Source of the DNA: Tortispora ganteri | Lineage: Eukaryota | Length of the DNA stretch: 64,000 nucleotides | Assembly (NCBI GenBank): GCA_003707115.1 | Contig: PPNB01000001.1 | Location: forward strand, 186,001-250,000 | Direction: 5' to 3' | Part shown: positions 1 to 10,222 of the stretch, piece by piece | Layout: each line of letters begins with the position of its first letter | Numbering within the stretch: the first letter of the stretch is position 1 | The notes under the pieces: model-generated | Seen by the model: only the letters and a program-made list of their open reading frames with translations | What the model was told of the DNA's origin: nothing | The model's database searches: none | Program-made: the position numbers and the translations under genes

Positions 1-1
1 G

Positions 2-304
2 TGTACTGCGTACGATGAAGCGATTGATATTTGGTCATTAGGCGTGCTGACATATGAGTTTCTTGTCGGCTGTCCACCGTTTGAGGAAAGTACAAAAAAC
101 GCCACATGCAAGCGAATTGCTAAAGCAGATTACAGGATCCCTAGTTTTGTTTCTCATGATGCTGCAAATTTTATAGGGAAGCTTTTGCAAAAAGATCCTA
201 CGAAACGCCTGTCTTTGGAAGGCATTCAGAATCACCCTTGGATAGTGAAAAATAAGCCAAACTGGAGAAAAAATAGCCCGGATCGTCTGCATGAAGAGGA
301 GTAA
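2..304 (+). CDS. IPL1: Aurora-family Ser/Thr kinase, C-terminal part (5' truncated by window)
   Basis: Open frame from nt 2: YDEAIDIWSLGVLTYEFLVGCPPFE...KLLQKDPTKRLSLEGIQNHPWI, kinase subdomains IX-XI typical of Aurora; TAA at 302-304. Confidence 0.85.
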   Translation, partial: CTAYDEAIDIWSLGVLTYEFLVGCPPFEESTKNATCKRIAKADYRIPSFVSHDAANFIGKLLQKDPTKRLSLEGIQNHPWIVKNKPNWRKNSPDRLHEEE

Positions 305-388
305 AGCCTTAGATAGTGACATCAGAAAACAGTAATGAGCATGGTTGGTTCATATTTGTCATTTAGAAATGCTCAACGCTCAATATAT

Positions 389-1078
389 CTATCTGTAAAG
401 TTCATCAAAAGGTCTTGTGTCTCTGAAGCACGAATTCCACACTTGATCGAGCACGCGTTCAGCCATTTCTTCAGACTTACAACTTGGATGAGACTTTATA
501 GATATCAGAGCTCTCCTTTTGACACACTCTTGCTGTTGTTTTACAAATTTTAATTGAGTTATTAAGCGATTCTTTATCAACTCGTTCATCATTCTGCATT
601 CTCCGGATAGATTACTCGCTCTTATTTCAGAGCACGCAACGTGCTTTAGATTCATCCAGTCTATGTTAAATTTGCAGAAGTCATAAGCGTGAACGAGTTC
701 ATGAGATAATACGTCCTCCAAATGACCTTTGTCAGCAATATAGTTTTCACACAGAACGATGCCAAGTTCTGGACTGAACCCGCCACCCCTTCTTTCAGTA
801 CAATGAGCACACAATATGTTATCTTCGTGTAGATTCCCTCCGAGCTTATGAATGTTATCAAGCATAAACCTCACAGTAGGCGAATAAGAAAGCATATACT
901 TTTTATACTTCTCGCACCGTTGACATTCATTTTCCGATTTTTTGAACTGGAATTCAAGCTCTTCTTCAGGAGTGAGCTGACCTCCGAAGGCAACCTTAAA
1001 GAATCGGTACAGGTATTGCGTTTGCCCAATATTTTTAACCTCATCTGAGCCTTTTTCTGACATTTTGTTGGTAGGCAT
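389..1078 (-). CDS. ATP23: Mitochondrial inner membrane metalloprotease Atp23
   Basis: GGGFSP, HELVHAYD (HExxH), ACSEIRASNLSGEC and CFRDTRPFDELY motifs; first ATG at 1078, alternative ATG at 1063. Confidence 0.93.
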   Translation of the reverse strand: MPTNKMSEKGSDEVKNIGQTQYLYRFFKVAFGGQLTPEEELEFQFKKSENECQRCEKYKKYMLSYSPTVRFMLDNIHKLGGNLHEDNILCAHCTERRGGGFSPELGIVLCENYIADKGHLEDVLSHELVHAYDFCKFNIDWMNLKHVACSEIRASNLSGECRMMNELIKNRLITQLKFVKQQQECVKRRALISIKSHPSCKSEEMAERVLDQVWNSCFRDTRPFDELYR

Positions 1079-1242
1079 GCAGAATTCAAGGGTTAATGCT
1101 TTTGTCTCAGTACGACTGCCGCAAGCTCCTTCGAGTGCGTAAAAAGGCCCAAAGTTAAATAGCCGTGCGTTGATCAATTTCTTTGGCAAATGCAAAACTC
1201 TTTCTCCTCCATATTTTTTATTTGCGTCTTTTTTTAAAGAAA

Positions 1243-2541
1243 ATGTTAGGGAAAAAGCTCACTATTGTCATAAAACTCGGTTCCTCTTCTATATGCGATG
1301 AAGAAACTCATGAATTGAGACTTACTAATATGTGTTTGATTGTTCAGACAGCCGTGGAACTACGCAGTAAGGGCCACAAAGTGGTTTTTGTCTCTTCTGG
1401 AGCAGTGGCTGTTGGCATGCGCCGTATGGGTCTTCATAAAAAACCAAAAACGATGCCTGCGCGACAGGCATTGGCGTCAATTGGTCAATCGAGACTAATG
1501 GCTTACTGGGATAACTTCTTTAGGCTGCTGGATCAACCAATTGGTCAAGTACTCGTAAGCAGAACCGATATTTCAGACAGACACCAATACCTTAACGCTT
1601 CGAACACACTGAACGAGCTGCTTTCTATGGGAGTTATTCCTATTGTGAACGAGAACGATACGCTTAGTGTTAAAGAGATCAAATTTGGCGATAACGATAC
1701 TCTGTCAGCGATCACTGCAGGTATGGTAAACGCAGACTACCTGTTTTTGCTCACCGATGTAGACTGCCTCTATACAGCTAATCCAAGACTTGACCCTGAT
1801 GCCAAACCTGTTAAGGTGGTTGAAGACCTTTCTAAACTCAAAGTAAATGTGGATTCTCCAGGAAGCTCATTTGGAACCGGTGGTATGGTTACTAAACTCA
1901 TCGCTGCTGAAATAGCATGCTCGGCTGGTGTTACTACTGTCATTACCCGCAGCTCTGTCCCTGGAAATATCCATTCCATTCTCAATTACATCGAAAGATC
2001 AAAGATTGTCAGTGGTACACAAACTCCTGTAGTGTCAGATGATGCAGTGCTTCGCGAACAACAGGAAATCATTCCCAATGTTATTCCAGCGTTCAACCCT
2101 TTGGAGGCCCAACCTCTGGTAGATGAAGATGTCGATGTACCACTACATACTCGCTTTGTTCCGAGTAGAAATCCAATTAGAGATCGCCAATTCTGGCTTT
2201 TGCACGGCCGTAAGCCTCATGGTTCGATTTTGGTGGACCAAGGTGCTGCACAAGCTATCACTAGAAAGAAACGTGCTGGGTTGCTCCCCGTTGGTGTTGT
2301 TGGACTAGAAGGTACTTTCCACGAGGATGAGCTCATATCTATTAGAGCAGTAAAGAGGTCTGCTGACGGTGCAGTAGATCCAACGTCCGCTCCCGTGGAA
2401 ATTGGACGGGCTATAACTAACTATTCTAGTTCTGAATTGCAGCGTATTATGGGTGCTCATACTCAGGATATTGTTGAAATTCTCGGATTTTGCGACAATG
2501 AATACGTTGCAGATCGACTCAATATGGCATTCTTTGTTTAA
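1243..2541 (+). CDS. PRO1: Glutamate 5-kinase with C-terminal PUA domain
   Basis: IVIKLGSSS, VSSGAVAVG, NENDT...FGDNDTLSA, GTGGMVTKL motifs; ATG at 1243. Confidence 0.96.
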   Translation: MLGKKLTIVIKLGSSSICDEETHELRLTNMCLIVQTAVELRSKGHKVVFVSSGAVAVGMRRMGLHKKPKTMPARQALASIGQSRLMAYWDNFFRLLDQPIGQVLVSRTDISDRHQYLNASNTLNELLSMGVIPIVNENDTLSVKEIKFGDNDTLSAITAGMVNADYLFLLTDVDCLYTANPRLDPDAKPVKVVEDLSKLKVNVDSPGSSFGTGGMVTKLIAAEIACSAGVTTVITRSSVPGNIHSILNYIERSKIVSGTQTPVVSDDAVLREQQEIIPNVIPAFNPLEAQPLVDEDVDVPLHTRFVPSRNPIRDRQFWLLHGRKPHGSILVDQGAAQAITRKKRAGLLPVGVVGLEGTFHEDELISIRAVKRSADGAVDPTSAPVEIGRAITNYSSSELQRIMGAHTQDIVEILGFCDNEYVADRLNMAFFV

Positions 2542-2544
2542 GAA

Positions 2545-2619
2545 AAAAGAAAAGAAAAGAAAAGAAAAGAAAAGAAAAGAAAAGAAAAGAAAAGAAAAGA
2601 AAAGAAAAGAAAAGAAAAG
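2545..2619 (+). repeat. (AAAAG)15 perfect pentanucleotide microsatellite
   Basis: G every fifth base from 2549 to 2619, starting 3 nt after the PRO1 stop. Confidence 0.98.
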
Positions 2620-3120
2620 GTTCATTCTCTTGCCAACCTATTATCAGGTTTTTGCATCAATTTTTTTTTCTATCATTATTTACAGCTTTCCATTGCATTT
2701 TAGTGTTTTACCGTACGTGAATTCTTGCTTCTATGATATCATGTTTCTGTTAAGATGCGCAAAATTATAGCAGTGAACAGTATGTCTCAACGGCAGTAGA
2801 GCTCCAGAACATTATATTCATTATCAGGAGTCGAACATTTCGCTGGATTCAATATATCCATTTTGTATGCTCGAAGGGCTATTCAATACCTGCCAATCGA
2901 GAAAGTGAAATGGAATTTGTTTTTTTGCTTGCATTTCAGAAAACCGTAGATACCACAGAACAATCAGAGTATGTTTGTTCATACATCATAAAATACTTAT
3001 ATACAAATCCAAACTCTCAGAAAAATATCGTAAGAAGAGGATAAAAAGTGCAACACAGCACATAACACGTCACAGTGCTATACTGGCATTATGCTAAAAA
3101 AAGCTACTGTTTGAGCTTGA

Positions 3121-4575
3121 TTAGATAAGTGCTCTGTGATGAATGGCTGCCTTGCGGATGCGCTTAACGGCAGGTTTATTTTCGTCTGATCTATCAACAA
3201 TCAGGTATGCATTACCACGAATTGACATTCTTCCAGTCCTGCCAACACGATGTAACAATTCCATAGAACTGAACGGGACATCGTATAGGATGACATGTTT
3301 AATTTTCTTCAGATCAATTCCACGCGCAAGGATATCTGTAGAAACCATGATCTTAACTGCATCATTCCGATCTATGCCTATAGGATCTTTAAAATTCTGC
3401 AGCACATGCTCAATTTCCTCATGCGTAGTAGAAGATCCATCAACGGCGTAAGTGTCAAACCCTTTTGCTTTGAGTTCATCAACAATCTTTGACACGGTAG
3501 AACCGTGATTAGCGAATACCAGGATTCTTTTTACTTGAGCTTGCTCTGAGTTGCTAAACTTAATTGAAGCTATAGTGTGAATCAATGCCCTAATTTTGCT
3601 ATTCCTGTACATCTCCTGAGAACATTTAACAATTGAGAAATTCACTCGAGAAGGCAGCTTGTGAAGATCAGGAGAAACAATGCGCTTTGCTTTAGGGTAT
3701 GCTTGCTGAATATGCCTTTCCATAGATGTCGGAATAGTAGCACTGCAAAAAAACATATATTTTAGATGCTCAGATACATTTCTTATAGTTTGGATGCTCG
3801 TTTTGTACGCATCTTTGAATGAAACAGTGTCGGCCTCATCGCATACAACAATCTGAACAGATTTGAACGCATCAGGGTTATTTTCCATCAATGAATTAAA
3901 TTTTTGAGGATTTGTGCACAATATATCACGCGAAACCTGCTTAATTTTGTTTGCACGCACAAAATTAGACATTCCAGCAACCGTTAGACCAGGTATATCC
4001 AAACCCGAGATAACATCATACAGCTGCCCCACCAATGAGGGCACAGGTGTGAGTATAACAGCCCTGTAACTAGCCTTCTTACTAGATATGTTTAAATGAG
4101 AATCCGAGTTTGGCGTAAACTTGAGGAATTGAAGCAAAGGTATCAAATATGCCAATGTTTTACCTGACCCAGTTTCAGACGCCAAAATAACAGCATTTAT
4201 CTCTTTAGATTTGTCTCGAAGTAATATAGGCGTCTCTTTGGCCATCTGAATTTGAATAGGGCTTGGTTTAGCATATTCTAGATCAGAAAGTAAATATCTT
4301 TCGATAGCACTGGTCAGTTGAGGATCTACAGGAAGGTCAGAGAATTGAGCAATTTTGGTCACCTTCGTAGCCCTTGCCTGAATAGTGGCAGTACTGTCAA
4401 GGAGATTCTGAGATCTGTTAGTTTTTGGAGGAAGTTTGATTTCATTAAAACGTTTGTCATAAGACACTAGTTTCTTGGAATATGATCGGGAACTGCAAGC
4501 AAAAAAACCCACGTTAGACGGCTTGCATAGCCTGACAATCGTGTTAGATCGTTTAGCTAAAAACAGTAAAGCCAT
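3121..4575 (-). CDS. MRH4: Mitochondrial DEAD-box RNA helicase
   Basis: PSPIQ, ASETGSGKT, DEAD, SAT, TDILARGID, HRVGRTGR motifs; Arg/Ser-rich presequence-like N-terminus. Confidence 0.82.
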   Translation of the reverse strand: MALLFLAKRSNTIVRLCKPSNVGFFACSSRSYSKKLVSYDKRFNEIKLPPKTNRSQNLLDSTATIQARATKVTKIAQFSDLPVDPQLTSAIERYLLSDLEYAKPSPIQIQMAKETPILLRDKSKEINAVILASETGSGKTLAYLIPLLQFLKFTPNSDSHLNISSKKASYRAVILTPVPSLVGQLYDVISGLDIPGLTVAGMSNFVRANKIKQVSRDILCTNPQKFNSLMENNPDAFKSVQIVVCDEADTVSFKDAYKTSIQTIRNVSEHLKYMFFCSATIPTSMERHIQQAYPKAKRIVSPDLHKLPSRVNFSIVKCSQEMYRNSKIRALIHTIASIKFSNSEQAQVKRILVFANHGSTVSKIVDELKAKGFDTYAVDGSSTTHEEIEHVLQNFKDPIGIDRNDAVKIMVSTDILARGIDLKKIKHVILYDVPFSSMELLHRVGRTGRMSIRGNAYLIVDRSDENKPAVKRIRKAAIHHRALI

Positions 4576-4710
4576 AGAGTATAAAAGATAGTATAATATC
4601 CATTAATTATTCACAAAGTGATGATCTCTAGAGGGATGAAGTAAAATGGATAAGTGTCGGGTGTAGGAGAGAAGGCGGTGAAAAAATAGTTTTGAGGAAA
4701 ACCTTAATAA

Positions 4711-7668
4711 TCACAACATAGGAGGAACCAGATGATTAGTGAGGGTATTAGGAATAGCTGGCAGCGGTGATAGGTCGCACCTTAAATATTCCAAATAGAC
4801 AGCATTTCCATTAACATTATTAAATGCTTTTCTAAGATGACCATGTGAAGGTAGATAACGAACAGTGGTCCGTAGAATATTATCAAAGAGTTCAGGATCA
4901 ATAGGAACGTTATCCAATATGCTGGCAACAGTGTTGAGCGACTCTTCCAAAATTATGACTTCCGGAGAATTTATTCCGCCGCGTCGTCGCAAAGTGTAAG
5001 ATGGTATATAAGATCTGATAGATCTCCATACCGCCTTGATTCGGGAAGACATAAAATCTTTGCCTGTGACCATTAAGATCTGAAGCACTTGCAATGCTGA
5101 GCAGACAATTATGTGTTCAGGATCATCCAGCTTCTTAACGACATCTTCAAAGACAACATTTATAAGAGGAAGTATATCCTTTTTATTTGAAGCCATAAAC
5201 GGCATTCCTCGTTTTAATATTGTGAGAAAGTCGCCACGAACAGTAGATGATCTCTGTGTTAAATGATATTGTGATGATAAAACGATGGTTTTAACAAGTG
5301 AATAAATATTGGCTGGAACTTTGCTTTCGTAAACAGCTTCGTCCTTTTCCTCTTCTTCTCTGATGTGCGTAGTTTCATCTTGCTCTCTGTTGACTTCCTC
5401 TGTTCTAGCCAGCATTTCCACTTCTTCCATTCGTTTTCGTGCCTCTATCTCTCTGAAGAGCTCCGGAAAATTCTGAGGTTCGGACGGACCTACTGGATAA
5501 TTTTCAGGAGTAGTGTCAAATTTGAATTGCCGAAGTTTAGTTCTTATGTCCTGAAAAGTTATCGGAGATTTAGTCTCTTGCGTTTCTTCAATCATATGCA
5601 CTTGAGATTTTTCATGAACTTTGACAACCTCTAACACGAAACATTTTAGCAGCTCGACAGCGCCTTGAATAAGCTGAGGATAATGATGGAACGAATCCAA
5701 TATATTCAATAATGTATTTATAACATCTGATATCGTGTATAACACGGTTGAGTCTGCTATGCTTATAAGGACTTTCAATGTTGTGAAAAGTTCAGGAGAA
5801 AGATCTATTGCATTGAGGTATATGGACGCGGAATTCAATAAATAGTCAGAATTTTGGTGCAGTAGCTCATAAACTGAACTATATCCACAGTTCCGAGATA
5901 TATCAATGATGGTGTGTTGAGCATTCTCACGCACTATACCAGATTTTGAGGCCAGACCGCTTGCGACATGATATAGACATTCCATTAGATCCAATCTGAA
6001 TTCTGTACCTTTGAGAGACGAAATTGAATTGATGACTAAAAGGGCTGCAGCGTCAAGCTCATATGTAAAATCAACAGAATCGTGATGTGAAAGGACCTGT
6101 ACTGAATAGTCAAAAAAGTCTGTTACCAAGCTATTCGTACCTGCATCTTCATCAATCACGAGATACTTACTTAAAGCAATATCACTGGTAATATTTCTTA
6201 TCAAGCAGGATGATACCCAAAGAAGCAAAGCTTTTTCAGTTCTGCTGTATGATTCAATATCTGTTAGTATATCTTGCAAGAGAATTGTCGAGAGATTAGG
6301 AGTTAAAGACCTAAAAAAAGTAGTCAGAGTAGTGGTAATTTCGTTGCCGAAAATATCATCAAGAAACACTGTATTATCGTTATTGTGCTCATTCACACTG
6401 ATCTGAAAAGATTTGCGCATGGATTCCAACTCATTAGAGACAACAGAAGAAACAATCTGTTTTCGGCGGTTAGCAGACATATACTCGGAAAGAGGCTTCA
6501 CAACGCTTTGAAGAATATGTACAGACCATAGCACATTATCAGAAGCAGAAATAATGCGCGGAGAATTTTTTAGGATATTCAGGAGTCTGTTTCTTGACGC
6601 ACCCGGCTTAAGTGAGAGTGTTGTAGAGAATGATGCTAAGTTCTTCTGAATAGCCAATTCAACATACGCATACGAAGCAAGTGGCAAAGAACTCAGAAGA
6701 GCATAGCCGGGTGATACATTTTTATCAGCAGAAGTCGATAAAATTAGCTCAACTGAAACAGGAACAATCGAGTGCAAGGTGTTTGAACATACTTGAATGA
6801 TTGTGAATGCGAGATCGGTAACTGCATCGCAAACTTCCTGCCTTGGGGACTCAATAAGATCTTGCAGATTTAGAGCGCCAAAGGCAATTCTAAATTGATC
6901 AGTATTAAGTGCCAGCCAATCTTCGGATCTCCATTGCGGATTTATATCATCAGCGAATAGGTTTGACGAGAGTCTAGTAATAATATTTAAAGCTTGGACC
7001 AATGATGTGTAATGTTGTTTCACAGCTAGCAGTTTAACAATGGAAGAGCAAACGCCAGGTAATGTTTTAGCCAAAAAGGTTAGATCAGCTTTTGAATCAA
7101 ATAGGAGTACAGAAATAGTAGACAAAGATGCACGTACCAAATGAACATTGGTATTTTCGAGTGCTGTGTCGAGTAGAGACTGAATTAGATGAAACATCAT
7201 TCCTTCAGATTTATCAAAGATCGCAAAACTGGAGTACGTAAAAATATCAGATAATAATGTGACAGCAGAAAGAATAGTGGATTCGGATCGGGGAACTGTG
7301 ACTTCAGCAGGGTTCCATATTAGATTGATCAGTAGGAAACAAAGCTGGAACGCCAGGTCATCGGTCAGATGAGAGCACCAGAAAAGAAGAACAATATGAT
7401 CAATACATTGAAGTAATAAGTCAATTTGAGTATCTTTGAGAGTGTTTGCTTTCGACAGTATTTGTGACAGAGGAAAGAAAGCGTAGTCGCCGAGCTTTGG
7501 ATCAAGTACGGATTGATCTGAAGGTGTTATAGATTTGAGGTAGTCTCTGTAGGTTTGTAGAGAAGTAGTTAACTGGTCAGAAGTTGAAATGTCTTTAGTT
7601 GTCAAGATCAGCTCTGATAGGGGTACAGAGAGTTTCCTTATCGATAAAAATATATCTTTGTTGCTCAT
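4711..7668 (-). CDS. TTI1: TEL2-interacting protein 1 (TTT complex, HEAT repeats)
   Basis: LGDYAFFPLSQIL, LPGVCSSI, CGYSSVYELLHQNSDYL and GKDFMSSRI motifs of Tti1; ATG at 7668. Confidence 0.85.
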   Translation of the reverse strand: MSNKDIFLSIRKLSVPLSELILTTKDISTSDQLTTSLQTYRDYLKSITPSDQSVLDPKLGDYAFFPLSQILSKANTLKDTQIDLLLQCIDHIVLLFWCSHLTDDLAFQLCFLLINLIWNPAEVTVPRSESTILSAVTLLSDIFTYSSFAIFDKSEGMMFHLIQSLLDTALENTNVHLVRASLSTISVLLFDSKADLTFLAKTLPGVCSSIVKLLAVKQHYTSLVQALNIITRLSSNLFADDINPQWRSEDWLALNTDQFRIAFGALNLQDLIESPRQEVCDAVTDLAFTIIQVCSNTLHSIVPVSVELILSTSADKNVSPGYALLSSLPLASYAYVELAIQKNLASFSTTLSLKPGASRNRLLNILKNSPRIISASDNVLWSVHILQSVVKPLSEYMSANRRKQIVSSVVSNELESMRKSFQISVNEHNNDNTVFLDDIFGNEITTTLTTFFRSLTPNLSTILLQDILTDIESYSRTEKALLLWVSSCLIRNITSDIALSKYLVIDEDAGTNSLVTDFFDYSVQVLSHHDSVDFTYELDAAALLVINSISSLKGTEFRLDLMECLYHVASGLASKSGIVRENAQHTIIDISRNCGYSSVYELLHQNSDYLLNSASIYLNAIDLSPELFTTLKVLISIADSTVLYTISDVINTLLNILDSFHHYPQLIQGAVELLKCFVLEVVKVHEKSQVHMIEETQETKSPITFQDIRTKLRQFKFDTTPENYPVGPSEPQNFPELFREIEARKRMEEVEMLARTEEVNREQDETTHIREEEEKDEAVYESKVPANIYSLVKTIVLSSQYHLTQRSSTVRGDFLTILKRGMPFMASNKKDILPLINVVFEDVVKKLDDPEHIIVCSALQVLQILMVTGKDFMSSRIKAVWRSIRSYIPSYTLRRRGGINSPEVIILEESLNTVASILDNVPIDPELFDNILRTTVRYLPSHGHLRKAFNNVNGNAVYLEYLRCDLSPLPAIPNTLTNHLVPPML

Positions 7669-7764
7669 TGTCAAAATATAGAGTAAAGATGGAAGGCAGA
7701 CTAATTACAGTGGGATTGAATGGGAAGGAAGGTAAGTTAGTTTGTCTTTGCACCAACCACAACC

Positions 7765-8913
7765 ATGGAGAAAATGGACATAATTGATAGATTACTGCGT
7801 GCAGTTGTACGTATGTTTTACGAAACTAAGCATGTACTTATTATGGAAGCTATAATAATTCATAAGGTATTGACAGATGATGAATTAGCTAGATTGCTCG
7901 GTATTCAACGAAAAGAGATTCGATTACTTTGCGCTAAACTACGCGAAGACAGATTGCTGTCAGAAATGGTCAAGAAAGAGGAAGGAACAATGCATAGACC
8001 GATTCAGAAAACGTTTTATTATATCAGATATACACATGCAGTCGATAGCATAAAGTGGCATATGTCTGTTATTGAGAACAAAACAAAAGAGGAAATGATG
8101 AATCAAGTTAACTCTCACGGGTTCATTTGCCCGATGTGCAATTCAAGATTCTCTCCATTAGAAGCGATGTCCAATGCCAGCCCGGATATGTCAGCATTTT
8201 TGTGTGCTAATTGCGGAAATCAACTTCAGGAAGAAAAGCAAAGTAAAAGTGCACAATTGGGTCAAGAGAAACTAGGAAGGCTGATGGATCAGGTATCTTT
8301 TATCATCAATTCCCTCATGAAAGTCGATGAAATGCTTGTACCTGATAATTCATTTGAATCCACATTAGCAACTGCTGTTCCATTGCAGGAAAATGTGTTG
8401 TATCAATCTTATCACAGAAAATCGTCAAGGGCGACTGCTGGTCTAGACATGACATCCGTTCCAAAAACACAATTTCATGTCGATATTACAACAACTGAAC
8501 AGACCGAAGAAGCTATCAGGCTCGAAAATGAACGCAAAAAGCAATTGGCTCAGCAAAATGCGCTCCCAGTTTGGCACTCTATGTCTGCCGTATCGAACGC
8601 CACTATGTCTACAACGTCTTCCAGTAATACCGATCTTGCAGGCGACATAAAGCCAGAAACTACAGAATCAGAGCTACTTATTACAAGGGCGGCTGAGCCC
8701 AATAAAGAAACAAAAGATGCAATTGCAGAGTACTATGCCAATTTACAGGCAGCTCAAAGCCCCGATGAAGACGAGGATGACGAGGATGACGAAGATGATG
8801 AGTTTGAAGACCTCGAGTTGACTAAACCAGAATTGTCTAAAGATCCCACAGCTAATGATAAGAACAAAGACGACGAAGATAGTGACGAGGATGGATTTGA
8901 AGATTTGGCCTAA
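7765..8913 (+). CDS. TFA1: TFIIE large (alpha) subunit
   Basis: N-terminal winged helix (LREDRLL...YYIRY...IKW), CPMC...CANC zinc ribbon, QQNALPVWH, acidic tail. Confidence 0.93.
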   Translation: MEKMDIIDRLLRAVVRMFYETKHVLIMEAIIIHKVLTDDELARLLGIQRKEIRLLCAKLREDRLLSEMVKKEEGTMHRPIQKTFYYIRYTHAVDSIKWHMSVIENKTKEEMMNQVNSHGFICPMCNSRFSPLEAMSNASPDMSAFLCANCGNQLQEEKQSKSAQLGQEKLGRLMDQVSFIINSLMKVDEMLVPDNSFESTLATAVPLQENVLYQSYHRKSSRATAGLDMTSVPKTQFHVDITTTEQTEEAIRLENERKKQLAQQNALPVWHSMSAVSNATMSTTSSSNTDLAGDIKPETTESELLITRAAEPNKETKDAIAEYYANLQAAQSPDEDEDDEDDEDDEFEDLELTKPELSKDPTANDKNKDDEDSDEDGFEDLA

Positions 8914-10081
8914 GAATTTATTTTTAACAGATTTTCATATTTCATAGGGGATTGGCATTTCATGCATAAGCACACTCAATATTCCTGTTACCATTTTGCT
9001 ATCCCCCAAGGATTCTTTGCTTAAAGGCATAGAAGCCTAAGCGACGGTTTCTCATACCAAGACCAACTTGCGCATTACCAATTACAGAAACAATGTTGCG
9101 GCTATTACAGTCTACGACAATCTGATGATGAAGAACGTAACGCAAAGCTAATCCAAATATAATACAGGAAGCAATGAACCTTAAAGATGCCGATCTTACT
9201 TGCTTTGTTTCTTCATTCTGAGATGAGTTCAAAACAACAAGGTAATTGACGCATTTAATAAACAAATACTGTGAGCAACTCGACCTCCTAATTAATATAT
9301 AGTTTCTAGTCGATATTTTTAATTAGAGTAACTCAATTGTGCATGCCAAATAGGAAGCTATTGACGCTGCCACTTATAACGCACAAAAAGATTTCAAAAG
9401 ATCTATGCTTAAAACCGCGCATGATTCCGTAAGGAACATTTCTCACCATTGAACTGTCTGCTTGTATTGACAACTAATTTCTAAGAGAGGTCTGAAAACA
9501 TTATAAAGAGGTTGTTTCAATTCTATTAGGCAATAAAATATACTAGCTTAACTAATGTAAGGAGCCATTCATAATCATCGAATTAGGTTCGCTCGCTTAG
9601 CTGGTACAGAAGAACCAGTTCAGATTTAACCAATAAATACATTGCGCTTAAGGATTAGGTTTAGCCTAATTTTTGACCAACCACGGGCTTTGATATACAG
9701 GTTAGGGCTGTAGTATTATAAATCAATGAAATGTGCTTATTGCAGAGATAAGGGTATTGGATGCAATTTTTTTGGCCAATAGGAGATGTTATTGGCATTC
9801 CCACACTAGGCTTTATTCATGCTGTGCGAATTAACTCCTCAGAATAGGAACAGATCACACGCTTCGAAATAGGTAGACAACGACTTCTGTAAACAAAGGC
9901 CTACAGTCTCAGTTTGTATACTTAAGTAAGGCAGCAATTTGTGCCAATTATTATATTACTAGGATTACGTGCATTGATATCTATTAAAGAGCGAGCGTGT
10001 TTAATTCGAGAATATATCATGCGTTGGCATAACAACATGCACTACTATCGTTTAGGAGAGTTTAGTAAAACGAATAACACC

Positions 10082-10111
10082 TACCTAAATTTGGTACGGA
10101 ATGTAAACAAA
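10082..10111 (+). promoter_or_regulatory. Candidate composite Mcm1 (CArG-like) plus forkhead element upstream of BUD4
   Basis: TACCTAAATTTGGTA at 10082-10096 followed by GTAAACAAA at 10103-10111, about 110 bp upstream of the ATG; a second GTAAACAAA at 9889-9897. Confidence 0.55.
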
Positions 10112-10222
10112 AAGCTAATATTATTTCGTGACACAACACCAACATATCACGATCTATTTACTACCTACTACGCTTCTATTTTTCATTATTATTAGTCCTG
10201 TTTTCTTTTTATTTTGATCGAA

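Noticed and set aside
2305..2770. ORFs with FFSFL and KEKKR repeats
   Set aside because: They are translations of the (AAAAG)n microsatellite overlapping the PRO1 end
8999..9265. 88-aa minus-strand ORF with a hydrophobic stretch
   Set aside because: Non-ATG start, no recognisable family, and no convincing intron to supply a start
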